From positions 3,617,455 through 3,681,454 of the forward strand of contig OZ316899.1 in NCBI GenBank assembly GCA_973895155.1: DNA of 64,000 nt. The letters are read 5' to 3'. Both the position numbers and the translations under genes were made by a program. The notes beneath the pieces are model-generated. The model ran no database searches. It was not told where the DNA came from and saw nothing but the letters and a program-made list of their open reading frames with translations. This document shows positions 33,640 through 45,269 of the stretch, piece by piece. Every line of letters begins with the position of its first letter. Positions within the stretch are counted from its first letter, which is position 1. This stretch comes from Marsupella aquatica. Taxonomy: Eukaryota; Plantae; Marchantiophyta.

Positions 33640-34966
33640 AGCACAAAGGGAAGAATCGCAATTGCAGCAAATTCAGAAGTGGAAGGAGTCATGGAGAGTT
33701 AAGGTTGCAACCGGCAACGGCGATTCACAAATTGCTTTTGAAGAAGAACTGGTGAGTGAAGAAGGGGATCTGTCGAGTAGCAATGTGCCCAGTACCCAAC
33801 CCAATTCACCAGTACAAGTAATGGGTGAGCCAGACCCACAATTTGGTGGTCGAGCAGCACCACGGCTCAGCCAGAGATCACGAATCCATTATAAAGCATT
33901 TCATGGAAAGCATGAGGAGGATCCAGATGACTGGCTTGAGAAGTTTGATGGTACGGCAACTGCTAATGGAGAGTCGGTTATCAAGATGTAGATCCTAGTA
34001 TCTATTCATTAAAAGTGTATTATTATTCAATTTATGAACATTTGGGCAATAGAAAGTGTACATTTGGCTTTCAAAAAGTGTACATTTGGGCAAGATATAA
34101 AGGTGACGGCCATCAGATGTACCACCATGTTCATCCTTTGTAAATGAACTAGGATGAGACTCCTTCTAGTAAAGATCATTTTTGTCCCCTTAAGTTTACA
34201 ATTAACCATTTGGGTGAAGAGTATTGTACTATAGTGTACCTTTTGGGGTTAAAAAGTGTACATTTAGAGACCAAAAAGTGAACATTTAGAAGACTAAAAG
34301 TGAATAAAATAAAATACACTTTTAATGAATAGGGTGAGTACCTGGGTTGTTTAAGGGTGAGTCTCGACCGTGGTACTCTAATTTGGAACCAGGAGAGCAG
34401 AATGAGAGCAGAATGAGTGGGTCACCTTTAAATAGCTATTTGTCAAAGAATTCTGTCCCATTGGGACATCTGAATTGGCAATGTTGAAGCTAGGACGGCT
34501 TCAATTCAAGGAGAACAAGTCTTTCAGGAAGTTTTTGCAGCAATTCTACAAATTGGTGCGGCGAACCAAGACCAATGCATCAGACAAAATGCAGTTGCAA
34601 TGGTTGGTTAATGCTTTACCACAGAAGATGAGCTTTGCGATTTGGAAGGGGAATCCGGAGTCTCTAGCCGAAGTAATTTGTGATATTCAGCTCTACATCA
34701 ATGCAAATATCACGAGCAGGAAAAAACACTATAAGTCCAAGGACTCATCTTCTGAAGAGGGATCAGGCAAGAAAGAAGAAAAGAAGAAGCGATCCAAGAA
34801 AGCCAAGGAGGGGAGTAGCAGCTCTGAGGATGATACCAGTAAGAGTGAAACATCTTCCAGTTTGGAGGATGGAGAAAAGAGAAAAACCTTCAGTCGGCTT
34901 AAGAGATTAAGCCGTAGGGGTACATTCCGGGGGCAAAATACAAACATACCCAACGAAGTCAATTGA
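33640..34966 (+). pseudogene. Retrotransposon gag-like remnant interrupted by a MITE
   Basis: Reads FHGKHEEDPDDWLEKF...ILV|PGLFKGESRPWY...KLGRLQFKENKSFRKFLQQFYKL...WLVNALP, followed by a Ser/Lys/Glu-rich tail. The frame is restored across the MITE. Confidence 0.75.
34001..34338. mobile_element. Stowaway/Tc1-mariner-like MITE
   Basis: TA flanks at 33999-34000 and 34339-34340. A perfect 20-bp inverted repeat pairs CTATTCATTAAAAGTGTATT with AATACACTTTTAATGAATAG. The right end reads CTCACCCTATTC on the minus strand and the left end lacks its first bases. Confidence 0.75.
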
Positions 34967-35157
34967 GGAATTAGGCGTCTCAACAATACACAATTCAAAG
35001 CCTAGTGAAAGAATCAGTCCAGCATAGTGTGGATCAAAGAGTAGACCGCGTTTCCAAGCCAAATAGTAGCCAAACCACCATAAGCCGACCATAAGTAGTG
35101 GTTCATAGCCGATTGCGGATGGTTCTTGGGGTTAGAGGTGTTGGGAAACGCGCCACA
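34880..35157 (+). repeat. Partial LTR (3' end) of the same family as 31915-32741, inverted relative to it
   Basis: Aligns by eye with the reverse complement of 31915-32195. Both copies stop at ...GCCACA. Confidence 0.75.
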
Positions 35158-37483
35158 TGCGGTCTTATTACAAAATTAAAAAGTTTAAAGTGTTGCAACC
35201 CCTAGGACAAGTCTACCTAAGGTTAGGACTAAACCCCTAACCCATGGGGGTTACACCACCAACCACCTAGACAGCCACCTATGTATATGAAGGGATTGGA
35301 TGAGTAAAGAAGTTGGAGTTATTGTGATGTTGAACACGTTATCAACACAAGCGTGCTCACTGGATTTTTTAAGCCATGGGTGCACATCGATTCCAATGAC
35401 AATCCCGATTTCAATTTGAGGCCTCAATTCTAGACTGAAGTTCCATTTTTTTTACTCCCCATTAATAATTTGATGGAGGGAATATGATTGTGGACGACCA
35501 ATATACATCCTCGACAACAATCCAGGAAATTTCAATCATTACAATCTGAGGCAAATACATCTGCCAAATGTTACACATCACAAAATATCCTTGAGCATAG
35601 AAGGATCTGCACCAAGATGATAAGAAACTACACTCATCATTGGACACAATAACAACAAATGCAATCGAGAAGTTGTATTTCCAAGCATTATGCATTGATG
35701 GATCCAATTTCCTATCTTGGACCTTGGATGTCAGGGCCCACCTCGCATCAAAGAATCTAGAAGACACAATCCTAACAGACAATGGCCCTACCCTACAGGA
35801 GAAGGCCAAGGCCTTGATCCTAATCCACCACCACCTTGCTGATTCTTTGAAGCGCCAATATATGAATGCCTACAACCCTCAAGTCCTTTGGGACAAGCTT
35901 CATGCAAGATTCGATCATGCACGCACAATTTTCCTCCCGGTAGCGAGGCATGACTGGATTAATCTCCGCATTTAAGCACATTAAGAAAACATGTCGAGCC
36001 CTAGCACATTTAGTCGCATTATACCAGAAGAGTCTGAACACTGATTGACAAATACGAAGCACATGGAGCATTCTTAGAGACACCAGAAATCTTACCTGAA
36101 GTACATCTCGTTTCCCCATTGGAAAGGTCTCAGGCACTAGATGACCCTAATTGCTGCATACTGGATAGTGGGAACTCACACTTGATATTAAGAACCAAAT
36201 TTTATTTCACTCACATCGTACCTTCCCAATTACGTAGAGTTACCACAATTATGGGCAATCACCAGTTAGAGGAGGGCAATGGCCCAGCCAACCTGGTACT
36301 GCCCAAGGCCACAATCATACACATCAAATCCGCAATATATGCCCCGAAGGCTACATGTAACCTTTTGAGTTTTAAGGACATACAGGAGAACGGCCTATAC
36401 ATCCACACCAACATCCACGAATCCCAAGAGGTATTACACATAGTAGCCAAGACCTAGCATGGCATAGAAATAAAAGAGACACTGATAGCTTTTCCTCTGG
36501 GATTCTATGCCATTAGAATATTACACACCTTTTTCACTAACACCCCCACACAGACAATAACTGAAACATGGCACCGCCGTCTAGGGCACCCAGGCACACA
36601 GATGTTTCACAAGATCCTCAAAGACACGCAGGGAATACCAAATATAGTACGCCCAACCTCCATGCAATCCCCTTGCTTCGCATGCTCACAGGGAAAGCTC
36701 ACAATGAGACCTTCCCCATCCACAACAGATAAGAATATACCCAGATGCCTTGAGCAAATCCATGCAGACATATGCGGCCCAGTAGATCACCCAAGTGGAC
36801 CCTTCAGGTTCTTCTTAGCCACCATTGACGCGTCATCAAAATGGTCCCAAGTCTCACTTCTTTCAACACGCAACTTAGTCTTCTCCTGCCTACTAGCTCA
36901 CATCCTGCGACTAAAAGCACAATTTCCAGACCACCCTATTAAAACACTAAGAGTAGACAACGTGGGAGAATTCACATCACATACATTTGATGATTTCTAC
37001 ACTGCATCTGGGATCGAAGTTGAATATCATGTAGCCTATGTCCACTTCCAAAATGGGATTGCAGAATCCCTCATTAAACATTTATAGACAATAGCCCAAC
37101 CACTCCTTATGCAAACCAGTCTCCCACCTTCTGCCTTGGGCCACGCCATTCTACATGTTGCAACACTCCTCAAATACAGGCCATCCGCTTTCAACACCAG
37201 TTCTCCACATCACCTTGCATTTGGAACCTCACCTAACCTGGCACATCTCCGAACATTCGGCTGCCAGGTCTTGGTTCCCATAATGGGACCCAAGAGGACT
37301 ATATTGGGACCCCAGAGGCAGAAGGGGTTTTACATTGGCTTTGACTCCACATCCATTATCAGATACCTGGAACCTACAACTGCCGATGTATATAAAGCCA
37401 GATTTGCCGATTGCCACTTCGATGAGGCAGTATTTCCAGCTTTAAATACAACACAGAAGGCAACAGAAGCTACAACTAAACAA

Positions 37484-37778
37484 TGTTAGGAATTGACTCT
37501 AGTTCCCGACATAGTTAGCTTGGCCTTACTAGGGTTAGTTTTAACCCTAGATTACATTAGGATAAGATCCGCTTAGTTTAGGCCCACTCATCTTGGCCCC
37601 CTTGGGGGGTATAGGCTGGAGGGAGAGCACTCTCTCCCTCATTCTTCACATGTACTCTCATTTGCTATGGAGCCTTCAGGAGTTTCTCCACTCGGGGTGT
37701 CTCGTCGGTGTAGCGTCTGATTGAGTGTCTCTCATGTTTCCGCATTGCTGTCTAGTCCGGAGCCGACGGTTTCTTACA
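37484..37778 (+). repeat. 5' LTR of the young Copia
   Basis: TGTTAGGAATT...TTCTTACA; identical to 43495-43789 except one G/A difference seen near the 3' end. Confidence 0.97.
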
Positions 37779-37780
37779 AG

Positions 37781-37792
37781 TGGTATCAGAGC
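37781..37792 (+). promoter_or_regulatory. Primer-binding site (initiator tRNA-Met)
   Basis: TGGTATCAGAGC lies 2 nt after the 5' LTR. Confidence 0.95.
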
Positions 37793-39414
37793 TTCGTGTT
37801 CGTGGTTCGGTGGCCTGGGCAGTGATGAGAGCGATCGTTGTGTTGGATCGTGGTGAAAGATTGAATCGTCGTCGACGGTTGCGTGATCTTTTCACTGGCC
37901 GTTTCATTTTGAAGGATTCGTGTTCAGAAAGGGTGACGGTTTTCCAATTGTAACTTCTCTGAAGTGTTGGATGTGTCACTGTGTTTTTCTGAAGGGATTG
38001 TTGGGTGTCCAGTCCAACGATCTTCTATGCACGTCGGTATGCACTAAGTTCTGGCGAAAGTTTCATTACTTTTCGTTTTCCGAGTGCGGAGTAATCTCAT
38101 CTTGAGTTTGCTGTTAAGAGCTTGATGCTCTAGGTTATGCTTTGTTTATGTTTCGACTCTTCTCGTTGTGGGGCCAGTGGGGCCGTTTTCCTTCTCGTTA
38201 AAAGTCAAGTTTTTGTAAGCCAAAGTTGCGAAATTTTGCTTGTTGGGCTTTTCTCTCGAGGTCGCCGCTGCGCAACATTTTTTGGCGGAGCGGCAGGAGA
38301 AAGTACGAGAGGACTACCAGGGCGAGTGTACAAGCCCCATCATACGTACGCCGGTACATGGCGGTACGAGGCCAAAGGCACAAGCAGGTGGGCGGGGTAC
38401 AACTGTACCCGAAGGTACAGTGGGGAGAGGGAGCTCCCTCCTCACGGGAGTATTTTCCTGCAGGGCCCAAGGTGTGAGCAGGTACAACTGTACCTGCAGG
38501 TACAGTACTTGAAAGTACTGCATTAAGTGGGAAGGGAAGGATTTGTGCTCCCTTCTTACGGGAGTCATTTTCTTTGGGCACAAGGCCCTATGAGCATTGA
38601 AGAGGGGGAGAGGGGGAGCGAGCACTCCTTTCCCTTGGGAGTTTTTAATTAGGCTCAAGGCCCTATGCTGCAGCTTGGAGAAGGGGTGAGATGGGAGTTT
38701 TAATGCTCCCTCCTTTCGGGAGCACTTAAGTGGTTTCAAGGGCACGAGGCCCTATAAATGTACGAGCTAGCCAGGAGGGCTCGGGTGCATTTAAGGAGGG
38801 TACGAGGAAGTATTTAAAGGGTCAATGCGCGACCCTATGCGCGGGAGGGCAAGGCACGGAAAAGTTTTTTTTAAAGTTTTTTTTTGAGGTCGGTAGGGAC
38901 GAACGCTCGTCCCTAGTCTTCATTTTTTTTCTTTGTTCTTTTCTTTTTCTCTCCACGATTACTCTTACTTCCCAGGTGGACAGGTGTTGGCTCCACATTT
39001 CTTCTGCTATAAAATTCGACTGTACTTTGATTCCCTCCAAAAGATACTTTTCCAGAGAGCTGAATTTTGGCCGAAATTTCCGAATTCGGCGGTTGTCGAG
39101 GCAGAATTTTTTTGCACTGCTTTGCAAGGGGATACTCAAGGGAGTTGAGCACGGGCCTGTGAAATCGATTTGCATTTAACTATTGCGAAATTTTTTCGGG
39201 ACCTAAGATACCCGACGGGGGTCAAAACGGCCATTTTGACCCCCCTCCGGTCCGGGTTGAATAAGTTTTCGCTGGAGAAGTTTTTTGCCAAATCATTTTC
39301 AGATCTTGGTAGTGTACCTTGCAGGCTACGCGGCAGTGCATTCCATTTCCACTTTCACCAACTTTCATTTTTTGGTGACTTTTTGGGTGGAGGTATTTCG
39401 GTTGTGTTTCCTGT

Positions 39415-42400
39415 GTGTTTGTGGCAGCACAAGTGATTTCAAGAAAGCTTGCGGCGCCAAAGTTTGAGGTGGAGAAGTTTGATGGGAAGGTCAGCTTCAG
39501 CCTCTGGACTCGGAAGGTGACCAATGTGTTGATCCAGCAGGGTCTTGAGAAGACCCTCACTGGAGTGAAACCCTCGAATCTAACAGATGAGGAGTGGGAG
39601 GACATGTCGGTGCAGGCGTGTAGCACAATTGAGTTGTTCTTGGCAAACAACATTCTCAAGAACGTGTTGGGGATGGATCGGAATGCCAAGAAAATCTGGG
39701 ATATGCTTACTCAGCTATACCAGAGTATTTCGTTGACTACTCGCATTTATCACTTGGAGCGGCTGTTCAGGTTGAAGTTGAAGGATGGTGGCAACATGCG
39801 TGATCACCTCAGTCTCTTTGATGAGATTGTGCATGACGTGGCCACGGCGGGAGACAAGTTGACCGATGAGTATCTTGCGATGCATTTGTTGATGTCGCTT
39901 CCTCAGAGCTATTCGACGTTGGTGACAGTCATCACACATGACAAGTCTACGTTGAAGCTGGATGAGGTAAAGGCTACCATTCTTGCAGAATGGGGCAAGC
40001 GACAACTTTCTGGCCGTGACAATGAGTCTGCTGCCTTAGTGGTTAGAGGCAGATCGATGGAGCGTACTACGGATCAGTCTAGATCTAAATCACATAGTAG
40101 ATCTAAATCTAAGTCCCGTAGTAAGAAAGTGCAGTGTTGGCATTGCCATGAGAAGGGCCACACCAAGTGGAATTGTCCTTCTCTGTCAAAGTAGAAGCGT
40201 CCAGCTTCCAATGGTGCATCCTCATCGTCGGCTGGTATTGTGATTGCTGATAATGAGGATGCTGCTGAAGTGCTATGTATTGGTGCTGTGAATTCTGTGT
40301 ATGACAATAAATGGATGTTGGATTCGGGTTCCTCTTATCACGTGTGTCCAACGCAATCGTATTTCTCCACTTACCAACCTTGTACCGGTACTGTGGAAAT
40401 CGGAAATGGAGTCCGATGTGCGATTGTTGGCATGGGGACTATCAAATTCCGGATGTTTGATGGTGTTGTGCGAGCACTGACGGGAGTCAGACACATACCA
40501 GACATCTCTAAGAATTTGATTTCTCTTGGTGCTTTGGAAGCTGGTGGATCTCATTTCACTGCACGTGATGGTGCGCTTTTTGTCGTCAAAGATGATGTAT
40601 CTTTGATTAAGGCGCTACGGCAGAATAATTTGTACATCTTGGAAGGAGATGTCATTGCTCCTAGAGTGGAGCATGTGGATTCTGTGGTGGAACGTTCGGA
40701 TGCAGCGGCAACATCTGTTGTAGAGTCATCTACGGCTGCTTCAATTGAAGCACCCTCAACATCTGGTCGCACACAAGCCATAGATTTGTGGCATGCACGG
40801 TTGGGGCACTTGAGTGGAAAAGGATTGGCGGCCTTGGCAAACAGAGATTTGTTGCAAGGCGCTCAATCTGGTAAACTCTCTTTCTATGAAGATTGCATCT
40901 TCGGCAAGCAGAGGAGAGTGAGTTTCAGTTCTAGTTCATACCATTCTCATGAAATTCTTGAGTATGTACATTCGGATGTTTGGGGTCCAGCGCCGGAGCC
41001 ATCGTTGGGTGGAGCCAGATATTTTGTGACGTTTGTAGATGATTACTCTCGAATGTGTTGGTTGTACTACATGAAGGAGAAGTCTCAAGTCTTTGAGATT
41101 TTCAAGGAGTGGAAAGCCATGGTAGAACTACAAACTGGGAAGGAGTTGAAGTGTGTTCGGTCCGATAACGGTGGCGAGTATAAGTCCAATGAGTTTGATC
41201 AATTTGGTCGGGACCTTGGCCTCAAGCGTCATTACACTATACCGGAGACCCCGCAGCAGAATGGAGTTGCAGAACGGTTGAATCGGACATTACTGGAGAA
41301 AGCACGCAGCATGCTATGTAAGTCCAAGTTGCCCAACAACTTTTGGGCTGAAGCTGTCAACCAAGCTGCATACGTCTACAATCTGTCACCGCATAGTAGT
41401 AAGTTGATGCAGACTCCATTTGAGTTGTGGTATAAGAGACCTGTTGATTACTCTAGACTCCGAGTTTTTGGTTGTGCTGCCTATGTTCACATTGAGCAGA
41501 CACACGGGTCTAAGTTGGATCCCAAGTCTAAGAAATGTATTTTTCTCGGCTTTAGTCCTGGGCAGAAGGGCTATAAATTGTGGGATCCTGTCGATTGCAA
41601 GGCAGTTGTGAGCAGAAATGTTGTTTTTGACGAAGAATGGTTGTCAAGACCCCGGGATATTTAGGAGGAACAGGTGGAGGAACCCACTACGGTGGAGCTT
41701 GGTGGCGATGAGGAAGCTGCTGGTCCCTCTGGTAGAGGTGCAATTCCTCAACCAAGGCGCTCCACCAGGGCCAATTTTGGCCAACCCCCTGATAGATTTG
41801 GTTTTGCAAATCCTCGTGTTCACGTTGTTGAGCATGACGATGATCCCGGTGTTATTTTGCTTACTGAAGATGGAGACCCCTCTAGCTATGAAGAAGCTAT
41901 GGCCTCTCCAGAGAAGGATAAGTGGATGGAGGCGATGTTGAAGGAGATGAATTCTTTGAAGAAGAATTCAACTTGGCGCTTAACTGACATGCCTCGCGGG
42001 AAAACACTGGTTCCGTGTAGATGGTTGTACAAGAAGAAGCAGGATGGCACTTACAAGGCTCGCCTTGTGGCCAAAGGGTACACCCAGAAGGAGGGCTTGG
42101 ACTACACGGAAATTTTCTCACCAGTTGTCAAACTCACTACTATCCGTGTTTTACTTGCGATTGTGGCATTCTATGATCTTGAGTTAGATCAGATGGATGT
42201 AATTACTGCTTTCCTGCATGGATTGCTTGATGTGGAGATTTATATGACTCAGCCTCCAGGTTTTATTGATGAGAAGACCAGACACTTGGTGTGTAAGCTC
42301 TTGCGCTCGTTATACGGATTGAAGCATAGTCCCAGACAGTGGAATAAGCGTTTTGATTCCTTCATGTTATCTCAGGGGTTCACACGAAGTGAACATGATT

Positions 42401-43427
42401 GTTATATTTACATGAAGGAGGTGGAGAATTACTCACGCTTTTGTTACATTGTGCTGGCATTGTACGTGGATGACATGCTGATCCTGGCTGAGAATAAGTC
42501 TGATGTTGCCCATCTGAAAGCAATGCTGAGTAAGGAGTTTTCAATGAAGGACTTGGGTCAGGCCAAGAAGATACTAGGGATGGAGATTCATCGTGACAGG
42601 GAGCAAAGGCAATTATGGTTGTCTCAGAGGCAGTATTTGGAGAAGGTACTTGCCAAGTATGGAATGGAGAATGCAAAACCAGTTGGTACTCCATTGGCCT
42701 CCCACTTTAAACTCTCAAAGAATGATTGCCCTTCTAGTGAGAGTGATAGACTGGCGATGAAACATGTTCCCTATGATAGTGTTGTGGGTAGTTTGATGTA
42801 TGCAATGACATGCACTAGACCTGACATTGCCCACGCTGTTAGCGTTTTGAGTAGATTTATGGCAAATCCTGGTAAGCTTCACTAGGAAGCAGTGAAGTGG
42901 GTTTTGCGGTATTTGAAAGGTACCTTAGATTGTGGGATCTTATTTGACGGTAAAGCAGACTCTACATTAGAGTTGGAAGGTTTTGTAGATTCAGATTATG
43001 CTGGTAACTTGGATAACAGAAAGTCTACTACAGGCTATGTGTTTATGCTGGGTGGAGGTTGTATCAGCTGGAAGTCGGCAACTCAATCTTGTGTTGCGTT
43101 GTCTACTACTGAGGCTGAGTACATGGCTGCATGTGAGGCAACCAAGGAGCTGATCTGGCTACGGAGATTGGTGAGTGATCTGGGTCTTTCACCTGAAAGA
43201 CCGGTGCTTTGCATCTGGCTAAGAACCCTGTGTTCCATGCCAGGACAAAGCACATTGATATTCGTTATCACTTCATCCGTGAGGTGATTGAGACGAAGCA
43301 GATGTTTCTGGAGAAGGTGGCTTCAAAGGAGAATGCGGCAGACATGCTTACCAAAGTTTTACCTACCAGTAGCTTTAGTCATTGTGTGGATATTATTAAT
43401 GTTAGGGCCAAACCAGTGACTATGTAA
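39415..43427 (+). pseudogene. Copia gag-pol polyprotein with three in-frame TAG stops (40194, 41664, 42885) and a frameshift near 43205
   Basis: Reads KFEVEKFDGKVSFSLW, CWHCHEKGHTKWNC, WMLDSGSSYH, WHARLGH, VHSDVWGP, RSDNGGEY, PQQNGVAER, YKARLVAKG, LYVDDML, GFVDSDYAG...RKSTTG, LSTTEAEY, TKHIDIRYH, ADMLTK. Confidence 0.95.
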
Positions 43428-43479
43428 ATATGTTACTTAGTTACATATTGTATATCACCTGACTCATTGTGTGAACTTG

Positions 43480-43494
43480 AGTCAAGGTGGAGAT
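43480..43494 (+). promoter_or_regulatory. Polypurine tract of the young Copia
   Basis: AGTCAAGGTGGAGAT lies immediately before the 3' LTR. Confidence 0.8.
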
Positions 43495-43789
43495 TGTTAG
43501 GAATTGACTCTAGTTCCCGACATAGTTAGCTTGGCCTTACTAGGGTTAGTTTTAACCCTAGATTACATTAGGATAAGATCCGCTTAGTTTAGGCCCACTC
43601 ATCTTGGCCCCCTTGGGGGGTATAGGCTGGAGGGAGAGCACTCTCTCCCTCATTCTTCACATGTACTCTCATTTGCTATGGAGCCTTCAGGAGTTTCTCC
43701 ACTCGGGGTGTCTCGTCGGTGTAGCGTCTGATTGAGTGTCTCTCATGTTTCCGCATTGCTGTCTAGTCCAGAGCCGACGGTTTCTTACA
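43495..43789 (+). repeat. 3' LTR of the young Copia
   Basis: Direct repeat of 37484-37778, followed by the AACAA TSD. Confidence 0.97.
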
Positions 43790-45269
43790 AACAACTAGTC
43801 TAGCAAACCAACTCCCAATTCTGGAACGACCCTAGAACTGCCCAAACAGATACTGAGGTCCAACGAATACTACACCTCACCAGAGTCATGGAGGAACTAC
43901 CCGATGCATTTGTGGATGTTGCCAAAGTGACTAGATCCCATGTATTTGCCACAAACACCCCATCACAAATCAATATCAACAATCAACCAGCCATAAATAT
44001 CGAACCACGGAAGAAGAGAGGACGACCACCCGGAGCTGTGGATAAACACCCACGCCAGAGGAGGGCCCAGCAGACCACCCCAACCAAACCTACAAACAAT
44101 CCAAACAATATGACAATCCCAACAAAGAACAAAGAAATAGCCATCAACTACAACTATATAGGCAAAATCCACTACAGAACCATAATACCACCCAATAATA
44201 CTTTTGCATTCCAAATATCACAAGAGATCATGGAGGACTTACCTGATCCCACAACCATAATAGACGCAAGAAAGCAACTTGATTGGCAAGAATGGCAGAA
44301 GGCAATCAATTCAGAATTGGACTCCTTGATCTCACGACAAGTATTCGGACCAATAAAGCCAGCACCCCTTGATACCCATCTTACCGGATACAAATGGACA
44401 GTTGTCAAAAAGAGGAATGCACAAGGCAAGACCATCAGATACAAGGCCCGCTTAGTGGCCAAAGAATTCACTCAGATCCCTGGCAAAGACTACAACCTCA
44501 CCTATTCAGCCGTCATGGACGTGATTACATATAGATACTTAATAGCGTTCGCGATCCACCATAAACTAACAATGCATCAACTGGACATTGTCACTGCTTA
44601 CCTATATGGACATCTTGACACCATTATCTACATGGGAGCCCCCCTGAATTACTGACCAGAGTTCATTACCATATTCAGGGGGAGTGCAAACAACAAAATG
44701 CTACCACCCAGGACGCAGGCCCTTTTGGCCATACAAACAAGGCAGTGCTACACACTGCAGCCAAAGCAATTGCATGGGAAGCACCTGTTAGACAAGGACC
44801 AGATCAGAAAGCACTTACTGCTTGGACCCGATTCGCTGTCCAAGTCCTCAGATCCATGTATGGACTCAAACAAAGTGGGCGTACTTGGTACAGGCATTTC
44901 AAGACAGAGATGCTGGCTTTGGGTTTTAAAACTTAAGACCTGACCCCATGCTTATTTATTAAACAAGACAGGCAAAAGATCATTATAGTAGCAATATATG
45001 TGGACGACCTGAACTTATTCGGCACACTAATGATCTTGCAGGAAACAATCAAGCAACTAAACAAGGCATTTGAGATTAGGGATTTAGGCAGAACTACCTT
45101 CTGCCTTGGATTGCAATTCAAATACCTACCACATGGAACACTACTCCATCAATCTACTTATACACGCAGGATGCTAAGGAAATTCAACATGCATACTGAA
45201 AAAGCAGTCAAATCACCAATGGATACAAGTTCTCTGGATAAACTCCTTGCGTATCTGTTGAACCCGGTT

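Larger units (their letters stand above)
37484..43789 (+). mobile_element. Full-length young Ty1/Copia (Tnt1/Tork-like) LTR retrotransposon, 6,306 bp
   Basis: Two 295-bp TG...CA LTRs, AACAA TSD (37479-83, 43790-94), PBS TGGTATCAGAGC and a PPT, with gag-PR-INT-RT-RNaseH in Copia order. Confidence 0.97.
35339..45256 (+). mobile_element. Old Ty1/Copia (Bianca-like) element, decayed; split at 37483/43795 by the younger Copia; 3' end truncated
   Basis: TTATCAACAC PBS-like motif at 35339. gag reads FQALCIDGSNFLSWTLDVRAHL; protease CILDSGNSH; GAG-pre-integrase WHRRLGHPG...CFACSQGK; integrase IHADICGP...LRVDNVGEF...QNGIAES; RT SELDSLISRQVFGP...RYKARLVA...SAVMDVITYRYL...RSMYGLKQSGRTW...YVDDL. The lineage call rests on recalled motifs. 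Confidence 0.85.

Noticed and set aside
35139-35160. TGTTGGGAAA as the start of the Bianca-like 5' LTR
   Set aside because: These bases fall inside the block homologous to 31915-32195, which continues to 35157. The old Copia's LTR boundaries could not be fixed.
38137-39179. Overlapping short ORFs in the Copia leader as genes
   Set aside because: The GC-rich sequence is open in many frames on both strands and no domain motif is recognisable.
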